From contig MU004237.1 in the NCBI GenBank assembly GCA_010405405.1, positions 1,747,345 to 1,811,344 of the forward strand: a stretch of DNA of 64,000 nucleotides, given 5' to 3'. The notes beneath the pieces are model-generated. The model saw only the letters and a list, made by a program, of their open reading frames with translations. It ran no database searches and was not told the DNA's origin. Of the stretch, positions 24,456 through 35,816 are shown piece after piece. The stretch's first letter is position 1. The number at the start of each line of letters is the position of its first letter. The position numbers and the translations under genes were made by a program. The stretch is from Microthyrium microscopicum. Its lineage: Eukaryota.

Positions 24456-25444
24456 CTACAATTTTTGCATGGCCTGGATATCAGTGGATTGGACATAGTC
24501 CTCAAACTCCTCGATTTGTGCCTGGAGATCATCGAGAGAGACCTTGTCATCCTCAATGACAATGGTGATCTGGAGCTTCTTGATACCGAAGCCGACGGCA
24601 ACGAGCTTGGACAGACCCCAGACGAGACCATCCTTTTCGATACTACGAACGCTGGCCTCGAGCGCTTTCATGTCCGTCTCGTCATCTATAGAGCTGTTAG
24701 CATCTCTGATGTGCACATCTATTGACAAGCAACTTACCCCATGGTTTCACATCCATAGTAACGACAGACTTTGCAGCAGGCTTAACTTTGCCTGCCTTCT
24801 TCTTGTTGTACTCAGCGAGACGCTCCTCGCGAAGCTTCACGGCCGCCTCATCTTCCTCCTCCTCATCATCGCTGCCGAACAAGTCAATGTCATCATCGTC
24901 GTCCGCAGCGTTGGGTGCCTTGGCGTTGATTGGCAGTATGGAGGCGTCTGGGCCGTAGGAAGTGTATTCCTTGCTTGGGTCACCGGGGAGAGCGGCGAAC
25001 TCTGACTCAAAGGACTTGATGTGTCGGTACCAGCGGAAGGCATGAGGGTACTTCGCGACATTGGGAGGAGCTGAGATGGCTTGGAAGCACTTTACATCAG
25101 CCTGGGATGGAGTGTGGCTATTGACAGTGTTAGTCGATAGAGGTTTGGTGGATGGGTTAAAGGACAAAGTAGTTGAGGTGGAATCAGTAGTGCGACAAAA
25201 TCGCTTGTTGGCTAATCAAGGAGCGGGGTCTTACGCCGCATCATAAACACGGACCAATGTTTTGCATCATGAAATGGAGTTTGAAGGGGATAGGAAGAGG
25301 ATGTACATACCCAACGATGTAGCTGTGGGAAGTGGTCCATCTGTCGAGGACTGGAAAAAAAAGTTAGCTAGGTAAAGAGGTTGGGCAACTAGACAATAGC
25401 ATACGAGTGAGGCCAGCATCTGCGGCAAAGTCAGTGAAGCCCAT
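24456..25444 (-). CDS. EFB1: Translation elongation factor 1-beta (4 exons)
   Basis: [13 protein letters not shown]...[13 protein letters not shown]...[14 protein letters not shown]...[19 protein letters not shown]...[21 protein letters not shown]...[12 protein letters not shown]. Confidence 0.97.
25182..25274 (-). ncRNA. SNR18: Box C/D snoRNA U18/snR18 in EF-1beta intron 2 (25118-25310)
   Basis: Minus strand: C-like ATGATGC (25270), guide TTGGTCCGTGTTT (complementary to the conserved LSU rRNA AAACACGGACCAA) directly followed by D' ATGA, C'-like TTGATTA, and D box CTGA (25187-25184). Yeast snR18 is likewise hosted in the EFB1 intron. Confidence 0.88.
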
Positions 25445-25815
25445 ATTTAAAATTGGTGTATGTGTGAGGATGTTAGGCGATGGTGTAGGAAGAATCGCAG
25501 TGGATTTTGTGAGGTTGAAGGAGAGGTGAGAGAATCAATTGCGAAGTGGGGAGTCAGTTGGCAAAGTAACCACTCTGCAAAAAATAGAAGGAGCCTTGGC
25601 AATATTTTTGGAGTTTTGGAAGGTGCGACCTCGATAAAGTGCAGGCACGATCGACCTCAGGCGCTTGGACCATCATGAGATCTTGGCGCCCACACACCTG
25701 CGATATTCCACTCGGGCAACAACTTTTCTTCCTCCACCATTTGGTCTTGCGACACCAACATCCTCCCCTCTACACTCCCTGTCATCACCCTCTATCTCCA
25801 ATCTCCCTCTTCACA

Positions 25816-26369
25816 ATGGTAGGACTCTCTCCAGCATCGTCTCCCTGCTGGAAAGGCTAACCTCCCCTCTCAGTCCGCCGGAAAAGTCAAGACCTCCTCC
25901 CTCTGGGGCAAGTCCAAGGACGACCTCATGAAGCAACTCAAGGACATGCGCCAAGAACTCGTCCAATTGCGCACACAAAAGGTTGCTGGTGGAGCTTCAG
26001 CAAAGCTGAACCGGATGTATGCTCACCCGCCGTCAACGAGCCATGCTGAACAACCATCGCTGACCTCATAACCAGCACCGACGTACGGAAAGCCATTGCC
26101 CGCATCCTCACAATCATCAATGCCAACCAGCGAGCTCAACTTCGTCTATTCTACCAAGACAAGAAGCACAAGCCCCTCGATCTCCGACCACGCGTCACCC
26201 GTGCCATGCGTCGCCGATTAACACCAGCCGAAGCCGCACTCAAGACAACCAAAGCCAAGAAGCGTGAATCCCACTTCCCCGCCCGAAATTTCGCGATCAA
26301 GGTACGCCTAAATACTGCTATAACATATACTTGCATTTCAATACTGACGGGTTCTAGGCGGAAGTGTAA
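25816..26369 (+). CDS. RPL35: 60S ribosomal protein L35 (uL29), 4 exons
   Basis: ATG|intron|SAGKVKTSSLWGKSKDDLMKQL...KVAGGASAKLNRI|...RKAIARILTIINANQRAQLRLFY..KKHKPLDLR...RAMRRRLT...FPARNFAIK|AEV*. Confidence 0.95.
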
Positions 26370-28202
26370 TTGGTGAATGAATAGGCGTCTGGGTTCTCTT
26401 TTCTTCAATGGGTTCGGTCTTGCATGGCAGGCGAAAAGCCTGCTCGTCTTCCTTTGGCGGGTGTAACAAAGACAAAAGTCATGAATTGCGACAGATACCA
26501 TAGTTCTGTGCTCAATCAAATCATTTGATCTAAATCCTGTTCTTCCCACTGCCTTCAACTGCCTGCAATGCCCGCACCACAGCCAAATCATCAATCGAGC
26601 CACAAATCGTCGTAGAGCAATGGCTGGAGTATTATTCTCGAACTGCAACTTCGAGGAATCACTCACTTGCCCAAGCTTTCATTTGGTACACTACTTACAA
26701 CCTTTCTGACGCTACTTCTGAGCCGGGTTCTTTTAGCGTCAGCCCGTCCGTCAGTTTCAAAGCTCCATGTTTTGATCCCGCAACAAGCATGCAATCCCGA
26801 GAGAAGGTATCTCAAATACCATTATGCTAAACAACAAGCCTGTTTGATTTCCTATGAAACTTGGACTTTGATCAGTAGAGTTCGTACTTTGAGATCACTC
26901 GTTTCCGTGGATTCGATATCAGATGCCCAAAAAAGTCAAAATACGCGATGACCACATGCGACCTTTAACTTCACCTCCTCTCAGGAGGAGCAGATATCTT
27001 ATTTTCACACCAGCAAGTGGGCAATATTTTGTTAAATTTCCTTTACCAATGTTGCTTACAACGAGGTATTGGATCCCGACTCGACAATCGTACCGGTTTG
27101 CTGCCGGGCAAATGTCGATATTGTCACTGGCACTGATTGAAACTCCTTAACCTTCACTGGCAAATAAGATAACCTGAAAACCCTTTCAACTACTCGCAAA
27201 AGCTCAATAGACTCCCCTCTTTCTCTGATTATAAGCATAGGTCGGCATGTCGAATTTTATCGGCTGATCGTTTCTGTTCCATACTTCTCATCATCATACC
27301 CGAGTCCGATACATTCTCTACGCCATCACAAATTGACCACCACCATAGACAAAAATAAGACCATCTCCTGGGCCAAGATTGACACGAACTGCATGCTGAT
27401 TTCGAAATCACCAGTTAGAATTTTGTGCGTCTTAGTGGTGATGCCGAGGATTATGATCGTGAGCTTCTTGCAAGCGTCAGCAGAAGCAGCATTTATATTG
27501 ACTTATCTTTCAGAATTTAAAAGATAAACAATCCACCACAACTTCCGCCGGCGCTGCAATTTCTCCTACTGCAGAAGTCGGGAATATGCTGGCCTAAATA
27601 ATTTATATACTGGAATACCGATTTGAACGAAACAACTCACGCCCTAACGGCGATTGGATCTGAACCACTTTATTTGCAAAGACCTGCCACATCAGTTAGT
27701 CGCACATCAACAGAGACCTTCCATACGAAGACTACAATTCAGATCGACTTGGGTCATACGTAAGTCGTACGCAAGTCGGAGCATATCATCATACGCGTCG
27801 ATGCCTACAAGCCTGCTCATAAGCAAAACCACAGATCCCAGGCCAACTGTTAATTCTCTCAGCAGGCTCGTCTCTTCTGGAAATTTGGCACGCGGCATGA
27901 TATTCCATAGCCAGGGTTTTATTACGCCAATCATTGGTGGACTAGCCAGTCACTTGCCCTCTTTGGCGTGGTAGCCGCTCTAGACCTGGGGAAACTAATA
28001 TATTTTCCACTCTGCATGAAAATGATTTCATCCAACGAAAAAGAAGGAAGATGACAATAAATTGCCATCCCGGTGAGATATTCTCCGGTCCGCAGGGCCG
28101 TAAATTGTCATGATTGGCAGATATAGGTAGGAGTCGCCATGTTTGAGAGCGCGATTTTGGAGACTGCGCTGAACTTGGACCTTTCTTACCAACGACAACA
28201 TT

Positions 28203-29060
28203 ATGAAGTACATTCTTACTCTTTCGGCGCTTGCGTCTGCTGTTCTTGCTCATGGTGGTGTGACTGGCTATAAGTTTGGAAGCACTTATGTCAAAGGGTA
28301 CGTCCTCAATATCATTCCGTGCTCTGACAGAATCCCCGCCCAGGCGACGTCGTCACTGGCAACTCATGAAATAACAACAACAGTTTCACACCCTACAACG
28401 ACGCGTCGAAACAAAAGACAATCCAGCGCCAATGGTCAACCTTCAACCCAATCGAGCAACCCAACTCCCCCTCAATGGCCTGCAACACCCCCGGCACCCT
28501 CGCCGCCGAATCTCAATCCGTCGCGGCAGGCTCGCAAGTGCAAGCGCAATGGAACAACGGCTACTCCCACGATATCGGTCCCATCGTCGTCTGGATGACA
28601 GAGTGCCCATCCCACGCATGCACGCCAAGTGCAGCGAAATGGTTCAAGATCGATGAATCCGGCCTCCTGAGCGGTACTCTGCCGAAAGGAAACTGGGCGA
28701 GCGGGAAGATGATCAAGGCGAATTATACGTGGACGTTCGATATTCCGAAAGCGTTGAAGGCGGGTGATTATTTGTTGAGGACGGAGAGTATTGCTATGCA
28801 TAGTACGGCGCCGCAGTTCTATATGGTAAGTTGAAAATGCGATGACGTTTGTTTAGAGGGAGAAGGGGCTAATTTGGTGTGATTAGGAATGTGCGCAGCT
28901 TAAGGTCACTGGAAGCGGAATGGCTACACCGCCTGCGAACTATCGGGCTAGTATTCCTGGTGTTTATGCACTTTCTGATCCTGCTTGGTCGCAGCCGGTT
29001 TGGGCGAGACAGCAGGAGACTAGCTTTAAGGTTCCTGGACCTAGTGTTTGGAAGGCTTAG
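28203..29060 (+). CDS. AA9 lytic polysaccharide monooxygenase (GH61), 3 exons
   Basis: Signal peptide cleaved before His1 (AVLA|HGGV). Motifs MACN, HDIGP, KWFKIDESG, IPKALKAGDYLLRTESIAMH, PQFYM|ECAQLKVTG and VPGPSVW. Confidence 0.95.
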
Positions 29061-29314
29061 AAAATATTCTTACCAAGAAGTTTTCATGACTATATAGAAG
29101 ATATTTTGGATAGTGAATAACAATATTCATTGATCAACCGAATAGTTATTACGTCTTGTGGGCAACTGCGACAAGGATATCCAATTCGCCAGATTAGATG
29201 AATCCAAACCTAAGGTATGAACAGGTAACTCAAAAAATTCTGTGTAGGCGTGCAATTTAATAATATTGTAGTCTTAGAGAACCAAATAGACTTCTAGACC
29301 TGATGCCACTCAGA

Positions 29315-29380
29315 CTTATGGCACTATTCGACCTTATGGCACTATTCAGCCTTATGGTACCACTGCGTTTTCAGCCTCAT
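29315..29380 (+). repeat. 18-bp degenerate tandem repeat (CTTATGGCACTATTCxxC) containing TCAGCCT motifs
   Basis: CTTATGGCACTATTCGAC / CTTATGGCACTATTCAGC / CTTATGGTACCACTGC...TTCAGCCTCAT. Confidence 0.7.
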
Positions 29381-29908
29381 GATACTGACCAATCAGCGTA
29401 GTCCTCTCAACTTCTCCTGTTACGCTCATTCAATCTGCTCAAGTCCTTCACGTCTGGACGAAAGAAGGTATTCAAATCTAAATCATTCGATGCAGAGAGC
29501 TTTGGTCCACCCATAAGAAGAGAGTCTAGGCAAAAGACTCAAACTCGTATCCTCACTTGATTTTAGCATTGCATGCAATGAAACATAATTTCCCTTAGTA
29601 TACGCTTCGCTAGAGCAATAGATTGATAAGAATGGAAGTGCTATCTATATGTATTCCTATAAGATTAGTTCCTAGAGTTTATGTCTATATTTAACTGAGC
29701 CGAAGTTAGCCGGGCGTTATCTTGCTTACAAACCAAGGATACGGCGTTAATGAAAAGAGGAAATGAGTGAGGTCAGTTGGTCGGCGATGTTAGCGACGTC
29801 AATAACTGAATAGAGGTACAATTACAACGCTCTGTAAATTCAATATCTCACAGTTCAAAATCTCGCGTCTCGGGACAGTAGCTTACGTAGCTCAAGTACG
29901 TCGATACC

Positions 29909-30101
29909 ATGGAAAATAAAGCACTCTGGCTTATTGGCCGTGGGAAAGAGCCGCACGTCGACCACGCACCGACTCCAAAACCTGGAAAAGGCGAGCTACT
30001 TCTTAGAGTATGCTATGATTATAACTTGAAGTCTTTGGGCTTTTACAGCGCTCTGTTACTAACACCATCAGATCATCGATTCCGACCCGAGTTCGCCCTA
30101 G
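29909..30101 (+). pseudogene. 5' fragment of a zinc-binding (GroES-like) oxidoreductase gene
   Basis: MENKALWLIGRGKEPHVDHAPTPKPGKGELLLR resembles an MDR N-terminus. It is followed by a canonical intron (GTATGC...ACTAACACCATCAG) and a stop after about 9 codons. Confidence 0.45.
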
Positions 30102-30396
30102 TTTTTGAATAGACATGCCGACAACAGTGCACATCTGATTTAGGGAGTAGCTACAGTGGAGATTGTTCTTTGCGGTCATGATATGCTGTAGCAGTATTAC
30201 CTTACGATCCGGAAGTATGATGCTTCAATGTCGAAGTACAATGCATATTTCGTTGCAGATGTGTCCCGCAGCGCAGGAATGGACGATATGCATGAATTTT
30301 CATGTAGTTCTGCCTTTGGGTTTGAATGGCAAATGCTGCCTAAAGTTTCTCTATTTGGCTACATATATCTACTAAATCTATTTCTATTCGGCATCA

Positions 30397-31571
30397 TCAG
30401 GACATCTTGATTACCACTTTCCCGATATGGTTTCCGGACCAGACATATTCCATAGCAGCAGCTGCATCCTCCATACCAAATACTTTATCTATGACATCGT
30501 GGAAGCGCAATTCAGTGGCCGCAATGAGCCTATTCATCGCAATAAAATCCTGTTTCGAACCTAGGTTAATGCCTCTGCGCATACGTCAGCCATATTCTTT
30601 GCAAAGGTCTTAGTATGGAGCCACGAACCTAAGTGTGATAGCTCTTTCTATCAGTAACGGCACAAATCCTTCCAGTAGTGAGGGGTTCTGCTGCCCCAAA
30701 TACCCAACTTGACTTATGATGCCATGTACTGCTGCCGCTTGGAGCGATTGCATGATGCTGGACATGCCGCCATTTTCGAAAACGATGTCTACACCTTTTC
30801 CGCCATTTCTCCTCACGACTTCTTCGTGCCAATTTGGTATCATCTGGTAATTGATCGTTGATATTGGTGGACCGGCTGACATCCTTTCTGCTCGCTGCAG
30901 CTTCTTACTCGTTGATGAAGTAACGATGACTCTACAACCTGCTGCACTAGCAAGCTTCATCGCCATGAGGCTGACTCCACCAGTTCCTATATTTTATATA
31001 AGTGCCTTGTCAATCATGGACACGTACGAAATCACCACTTACCTTGCACCAAAACGCTCACCTTAGACTTCACGCTACCCTCTACTGCAACCGCACTCCA
31101 AGCTGTCACACCTGCACATGGCAAACACGCCGCCTCATCATAGCTCAAACACTCCGGAACCTTAACCAACTTCTGCTCATCGAAGACAAGATGCGTAGCA
31201 AGCACACCATCGATCTCACCACCTAACCATGCGCGCTCCTGCTCCAGGCCAGTGAGGTTCTTCTGGTCGAAGATGGGCATAACTCGATCACCAACCACGA
31301 AGTCCACCACGTCGCTACCAACAGCGAGGACACAACCAGCTGCATCGGAGCAGGGAATACCATTAGGGAGAGTGGGCCAAGGGTTTGTACCGTTGAGAAT
31401 GTTGGCATCGCGGTAGTTAAGAGATACAGCTTGGACACGGATCAGAACTGATTGGGTACCTGATAAAGGGGGAATAGACGTGGTATATTTTGTGAGACGC
31501 GTGGTGAATCTAGAGCCTTGTATATTTCGTCTGTAGTAGGTACACTGCTCCTCAGTTGGTATTGCTGCCAT
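30397..31571 (-). CDS. Zinc-type alcohol dehydrogenase-like MDR oxidoreductase, 3 exons
   Basis: VLIRVQAVSLNYRD, IPCSDAAG.V..VG..V..F.VGDRV, EAACLPCAGVTAWSA, VLVQG|TGGVS, GKGVDIVFENGG and GNHIGKVVI. Confidence 0.92.
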
Positions 31572-32219
31572 CGCTATTGTGTTTGTAACTGCGGAAATTG
31601 GGGTATCACAAAAGAAGCTCTAGCTCGAGTATATACGAATGTAAAGATGACGGAATGGGAAGCACTCTGTATCTCAATTCGGTAAACCCATCCGGCGTGC
31701 CTGGCTACATGACATTTGGCGTACGGCTACCCTTCCTGACCTAGTTTCGTGACGCAGGAGCGGCAGGACAACAACCACTTCTTAATTCACCAGCAACGTT
31801 AGTCCCAGCGCGAAACCAAGCTCTCGAATCATTGGTCGGTGACACAACTACTTTGGTCTTGCTAAGCATCAGAAAGAGACGTTTACCAAAATTGTGTCAG
31901 AACTATCGCTTGTCAAGTTCATGCGCCACATTGTCAAGCTGCCGATGCGATGCGATGATTATGTATTAGCAAAGTGGGTCTAAACCAAGTTACCTATATA
32001 ATTGGAATGTGAACTTAGCACAAAACCCCAATTTGATACAGGCTTGGATATACTAACAGTGTACCCAGCCAATAAGGATTTCAATGGTAGTGAAATGAAA
32101 CAGCCTTTGTCCGTTTGTGAGTTTTTGTAATACATTGACGCTAAGCTATGATCTTGGTATGTTTTGCAATTTGTTAGCTTCAATTATAGATACCTACTCT
32201 GCGTTGCTAAGGTAGTGCT

Positions 32220-33297
32220 TCATGAATGTGCATTCAGACTAGAGACTCCATTGGTAAGGTAAACCACGTTTAAAGCCCCGAAGCTATTGCATGTGGCGGT
32301 TAGCGATTATAAACCAGTGTTGGGGGTATCGAAGCCACTCACGCTGATACTGCCATAAAAATCTCGATTTTCTGAGCATTTGTCATAAAAGATAAAGCCA
32401 ATGAAAAGCATACGGAGAGTATGAAGATGAAGATGAGTCTCCAGCCATTGTTTTGCACAAGATAGAGTATTGTGATGGAACATAACGGCAGAACTGAGGC
32501 AGTCAAAGTCGTCGCTGCGTGAATGATCATTCGAAGAGTTACGTCGTGGTATTCGAAAATATCTGAACCCACATGCCCAGATACTGTGCTCTACATAGAA
32601 CTCATTAGCGCAGCCCCTAAGAATAGTTACAGACTCACTTTGAGCTTTTGACCTATATTACGGTGGAATGCTGGGATGATACTGTTTCTGAACCAACGCG
32701 TAAAGGGGTCTGTTGTCTCGGCAGTGACTAAAGACATGAGGTCGTGTTCATTTTGAGGATCCCAAGCCTTTCTGTCGAGACCAAGAAGTGGAAAGTTGCC
32801 CATCATAGGTCTTTCGAGCCAACGTTGAAAAAAGTCAAGATTATGCTTTGTAGGGGCCTGCAGTCGCAACATAGCGGCATGTTTGAGAACAGCGTCATCT
32901 GGGAGACTTTTGTAAGACATTCCTCGTAGCAAGTCTTCACGTACTCACTGTACTTTTCCAGTTTCTTTCTCAATTCCAGGATTAATTCCCATTGCTCGTT
33001 ATCACCTCCACCTTCGCTTTGAGATAATGACCACCAATCCTGATGATGATACTGTCGCCCGCCGTGCTTCTCATCTTCCAGTGCTATTGACCGGAGCTCT
33101 GCCTCGAGATGTGTGATCTCTGCCTGCAGGTAAAGCAAATTCTGTAAGTTGAGGTCTCTAAATCGCCTGAATATTGCGAGTTCATTGTGGGCACTCATCA
33201 ACTGCGCCACTTTAGCATATCCCTCCGCGGGCTTGTTGCCTTGTGTCGACTGCAAATCCGGCGAAGCCATCTTCGTGTCAGAAGAAGTCCAACTCAT
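32220..33297 (-). CDS. DUF6594-family membrane protein (4 exons)
   Basis: EGYAKVAQLMSAHNELAIFRRFRDLNLQNLLYLQAEITHLEAEL, then DLMSL..DPFTRW, then C-terminal hydrophobic helices ending KIEIFMAVSA|FGALNVVYL. This matches the DUF6594 pattern as recalled; no search was run. Confidence 0.8.
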
Positions 33298-33774
33298 GAG
33301 CCTAGTTTGATATCAGGACGTTGTACTAGAGATGTAGTATTTCACTGCCCTTGACACGTACTCGGGTGAGGCAGCTAGCCTTATATGGAAGTGAGATCAG
33401 GCTGATTCAGCCTAGTCACAATACATAAAAGGTTGGATTGCTCTTTTGGGAGCTAGAATATCTTGGTACTTTATCTCATCATACCCCTCATCTTCGTATC
33501 CATTCTCAACTGATTGGACATGCAGAAGGCGCAAAGCTGCAAGATGGAGGAAATGACAAAACAAGAGTGGTTGAAGGATGAGCTGACTAGCACTTATTGG
33601 GAACACAGGTACGTCCCATTATTAAGACCTTATCGAACCTAGTCATCTGATTATTGGGCCTCCAGTTCAGCCCAAAGGACAGATTCACATCGTATCAAGA
33701 CTTTCAGACTTTCGAAACATAAACAACACGAATCAGCGACAACTTACTCACCATATCCTCAGTCACAATCGAAA

Positions 33775-34675
33775 ATGCAATCCGAAAATAGCAGCCGTGC
33801 ACCGGGTATCGATTTCTCCAAACCACTCAACTGGAATGATCCCGCTGTCATTGAACGCATGAACATTGATCGCAATCGATATCAATACAGCAACTTTCTG
33901 AACGCAGGTATCATTCCTAGCGCCGTTTTTGAATGTGGTATTCCACAAACTGGACCACAATCAACTCCTGCGTCGTTCCAAGGGCCTCCTTGTAGTGCTA
34001 ATGGTGATGAAAAGGTATCCCTGTTATTTCGTTATGTTTACTAGCCTAGAGACTCACGTATGTCAGCTGAAGGACGATGATGAGGAACATCTCCAGATCC
34101 GATATGCTAAGACTATCAATCCGGACACTGGGGAGTGGTATTGCATTCAGATCATGAAGGACACCGGTGCTGGTGAAAACTGGATCCCACCCTGGATGGT
34201 TCGCGGCCTGGACGTTGAGAAAACGACCATAGAGACTAGGGAAGTCCAAGGATTTGACGGCACTACATTTCGCAGCAGTCATATGGTGAGCCTTCAGCTT
34301 GCCGGCAAAGATAACACAGTCCAAGACGTGGATTTCTACGTCGCCCCCGAAGGGTTCCCGTTCCAGGGAGTAACAATCGGCAGAAACGGGCCTTCGGAAG
34401 GCCATTTTCTAGAGCAGCAGCCGAAGAATCTGGCATTGCTTGTGATGCAAAAGACCATTACAGTAAGCTTAGAGCGCGGATACCCTGAAACGCTGACTGA
34501 CAGTGCTCCTTGTAAGGAAAGTGAGAAGACCACTATACAGGTTACAAGGCTTGAAAGAGAGAGAACAGCGACTCGCTTAGAACAAGAGGTGGTACAGAGC
34601 CATAATCGTAAAAGAGAAGGTAGAAAGGGAGCCAGGACCTCGTCATCAAAATCAACCGAGTGGGCAAAGAACTAG
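33775..34675 (+). CDS. Retropepsin-like (single-lobe) aspartic protease with an intact DTG motif, 3 exons
   Basis: ...NGDEK|LKDDDEEHLQIRYAKTINPDTGEWYCIQIMKDTGAGENWIP...VQGFDG...VSLQL...VDFYVAP...GVTIGR: DTGA, flap-like GFDG, F-Y-V and xxIGR motifs. Spliceosomal introns are present and no gag/RT sequence is nearby. Confidence 0.75.
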
Positions 34676-35816
34676 GATGGTTTCAGAGAGATCGACAATC
34701 CTTGGAATTCTTTGGCGCGTATTGGTATTGACTTGTGCCATATTCTCAGTTCAATTGGAAGTTATGAATAAGCAGGAACCGGAATTGGGTTCACCTTTGG
34801 TTTGAAACGTACTTGAGTGCAATTCGGTTATATTCTGTTGAAGCTCGCACTGTTCGGTCGCAAGATATATGTCGTGCTGGCTCGCATTGCTTGCTTTGAT
34901 CCAGTCACTGCATACCTATGTGTAGACTGTCAAGGTAGAACGCGGTTACGCGGTCAATATTCTCTTCTTCTGAGGGATATGGACCTTGAACTAGGATACA
35001 TAGTTTGTTCAGTGCCACAGAAGAATCCTGCCACCAGTCACCAATGAGCCTTCAGAACGGTTCCTTTTAGGTAGTTCCCCACCGGTTTCGGGGACGTCGA
35101 TGAGAGAAGGCAAGCAGAAGCAGGCAGCCTCAAGGTCAGGCAGCCTGATCTTCAGGTGGAGGGCGTAAAGCATGCGGAGGTTCCGGTGTAGCGGCTGGGA
35201 GTTCAATGAGAGAGTCCAAAATAGGGGTGAGCGCAGGGCAAGGAAGTGCTTACTGGTTGGACAGCCGCAACTAATACACCCTGATTGGCCTTTGAAGCCC
35301 AGCACGAATTGAAGCGACAGCCGTCGCGTGTATGCAGGACATCTTGATTCAAATGGATGAGGGAGGCTCAGCAGCGAATAGCCATCGGGGTGACAGGGTG
35401 AAAGCACCGTCTTCAAGTAACTCTTAGAGGGCAAGGCCGCTTCCTGTTCCCCGCTACTTTTGAGCCTTTCAAGCTGTCGCATTCGAGTCTTCGTTCCCTT
35501 TTTAGCTATCTCCTGTATTGGTACTCCATAATACATTTACACAACAAACTGCTTGCTTACAACCGCAAACCCCGTCGCCCTCACTCTCTGCTCCATACTC
35601 ACCAAGCGGACCCACGCACTGCTATCTGTTCCAATTCAATCGCTTTTTCGGTTCGCTTCGTGCGCGCGCATCTGCCGAGAAGCTCTACAAGTGTTTCCTA
35701 GGAATAAGCATGCTTCTATCCATTGCTCATTTATCTCGCATTCCAACTTCATCGGATTTGGAACAACTCGGATATCAATAAAGATCCTGTGCGCTTGGCT
35801 CTGGGAGTCTGAGAGT

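Noticed and set aside
26667..27974. Signal-peptide-like TTG ORF and scattered short ORFs suggesting a decayed secreted-protein gene
   Set aside because: No ATG start, no consistent splice model and no recognisable family.
29315..29380. Repeat-spacer (CRISPR-like) reading of the short repeats
   Set aside because: Eukaryotic context, only 2-3 degenerate contiguous units, no unique spacers and no cas genes.
33775..34675. Interpreting the DTG protease as an LTR-retrotransposon remnant
   Set aside because: It has canonical spliceosomal introns and normal base composition, with no gag, RT, integrase or LTRs nearby.
35009..35536. 175-aa minus-strand ORF between the two protease-fold genes
   Set aside because: No domain signal and atypical composition; probably a promoter-region chance ORF, though not excluded.
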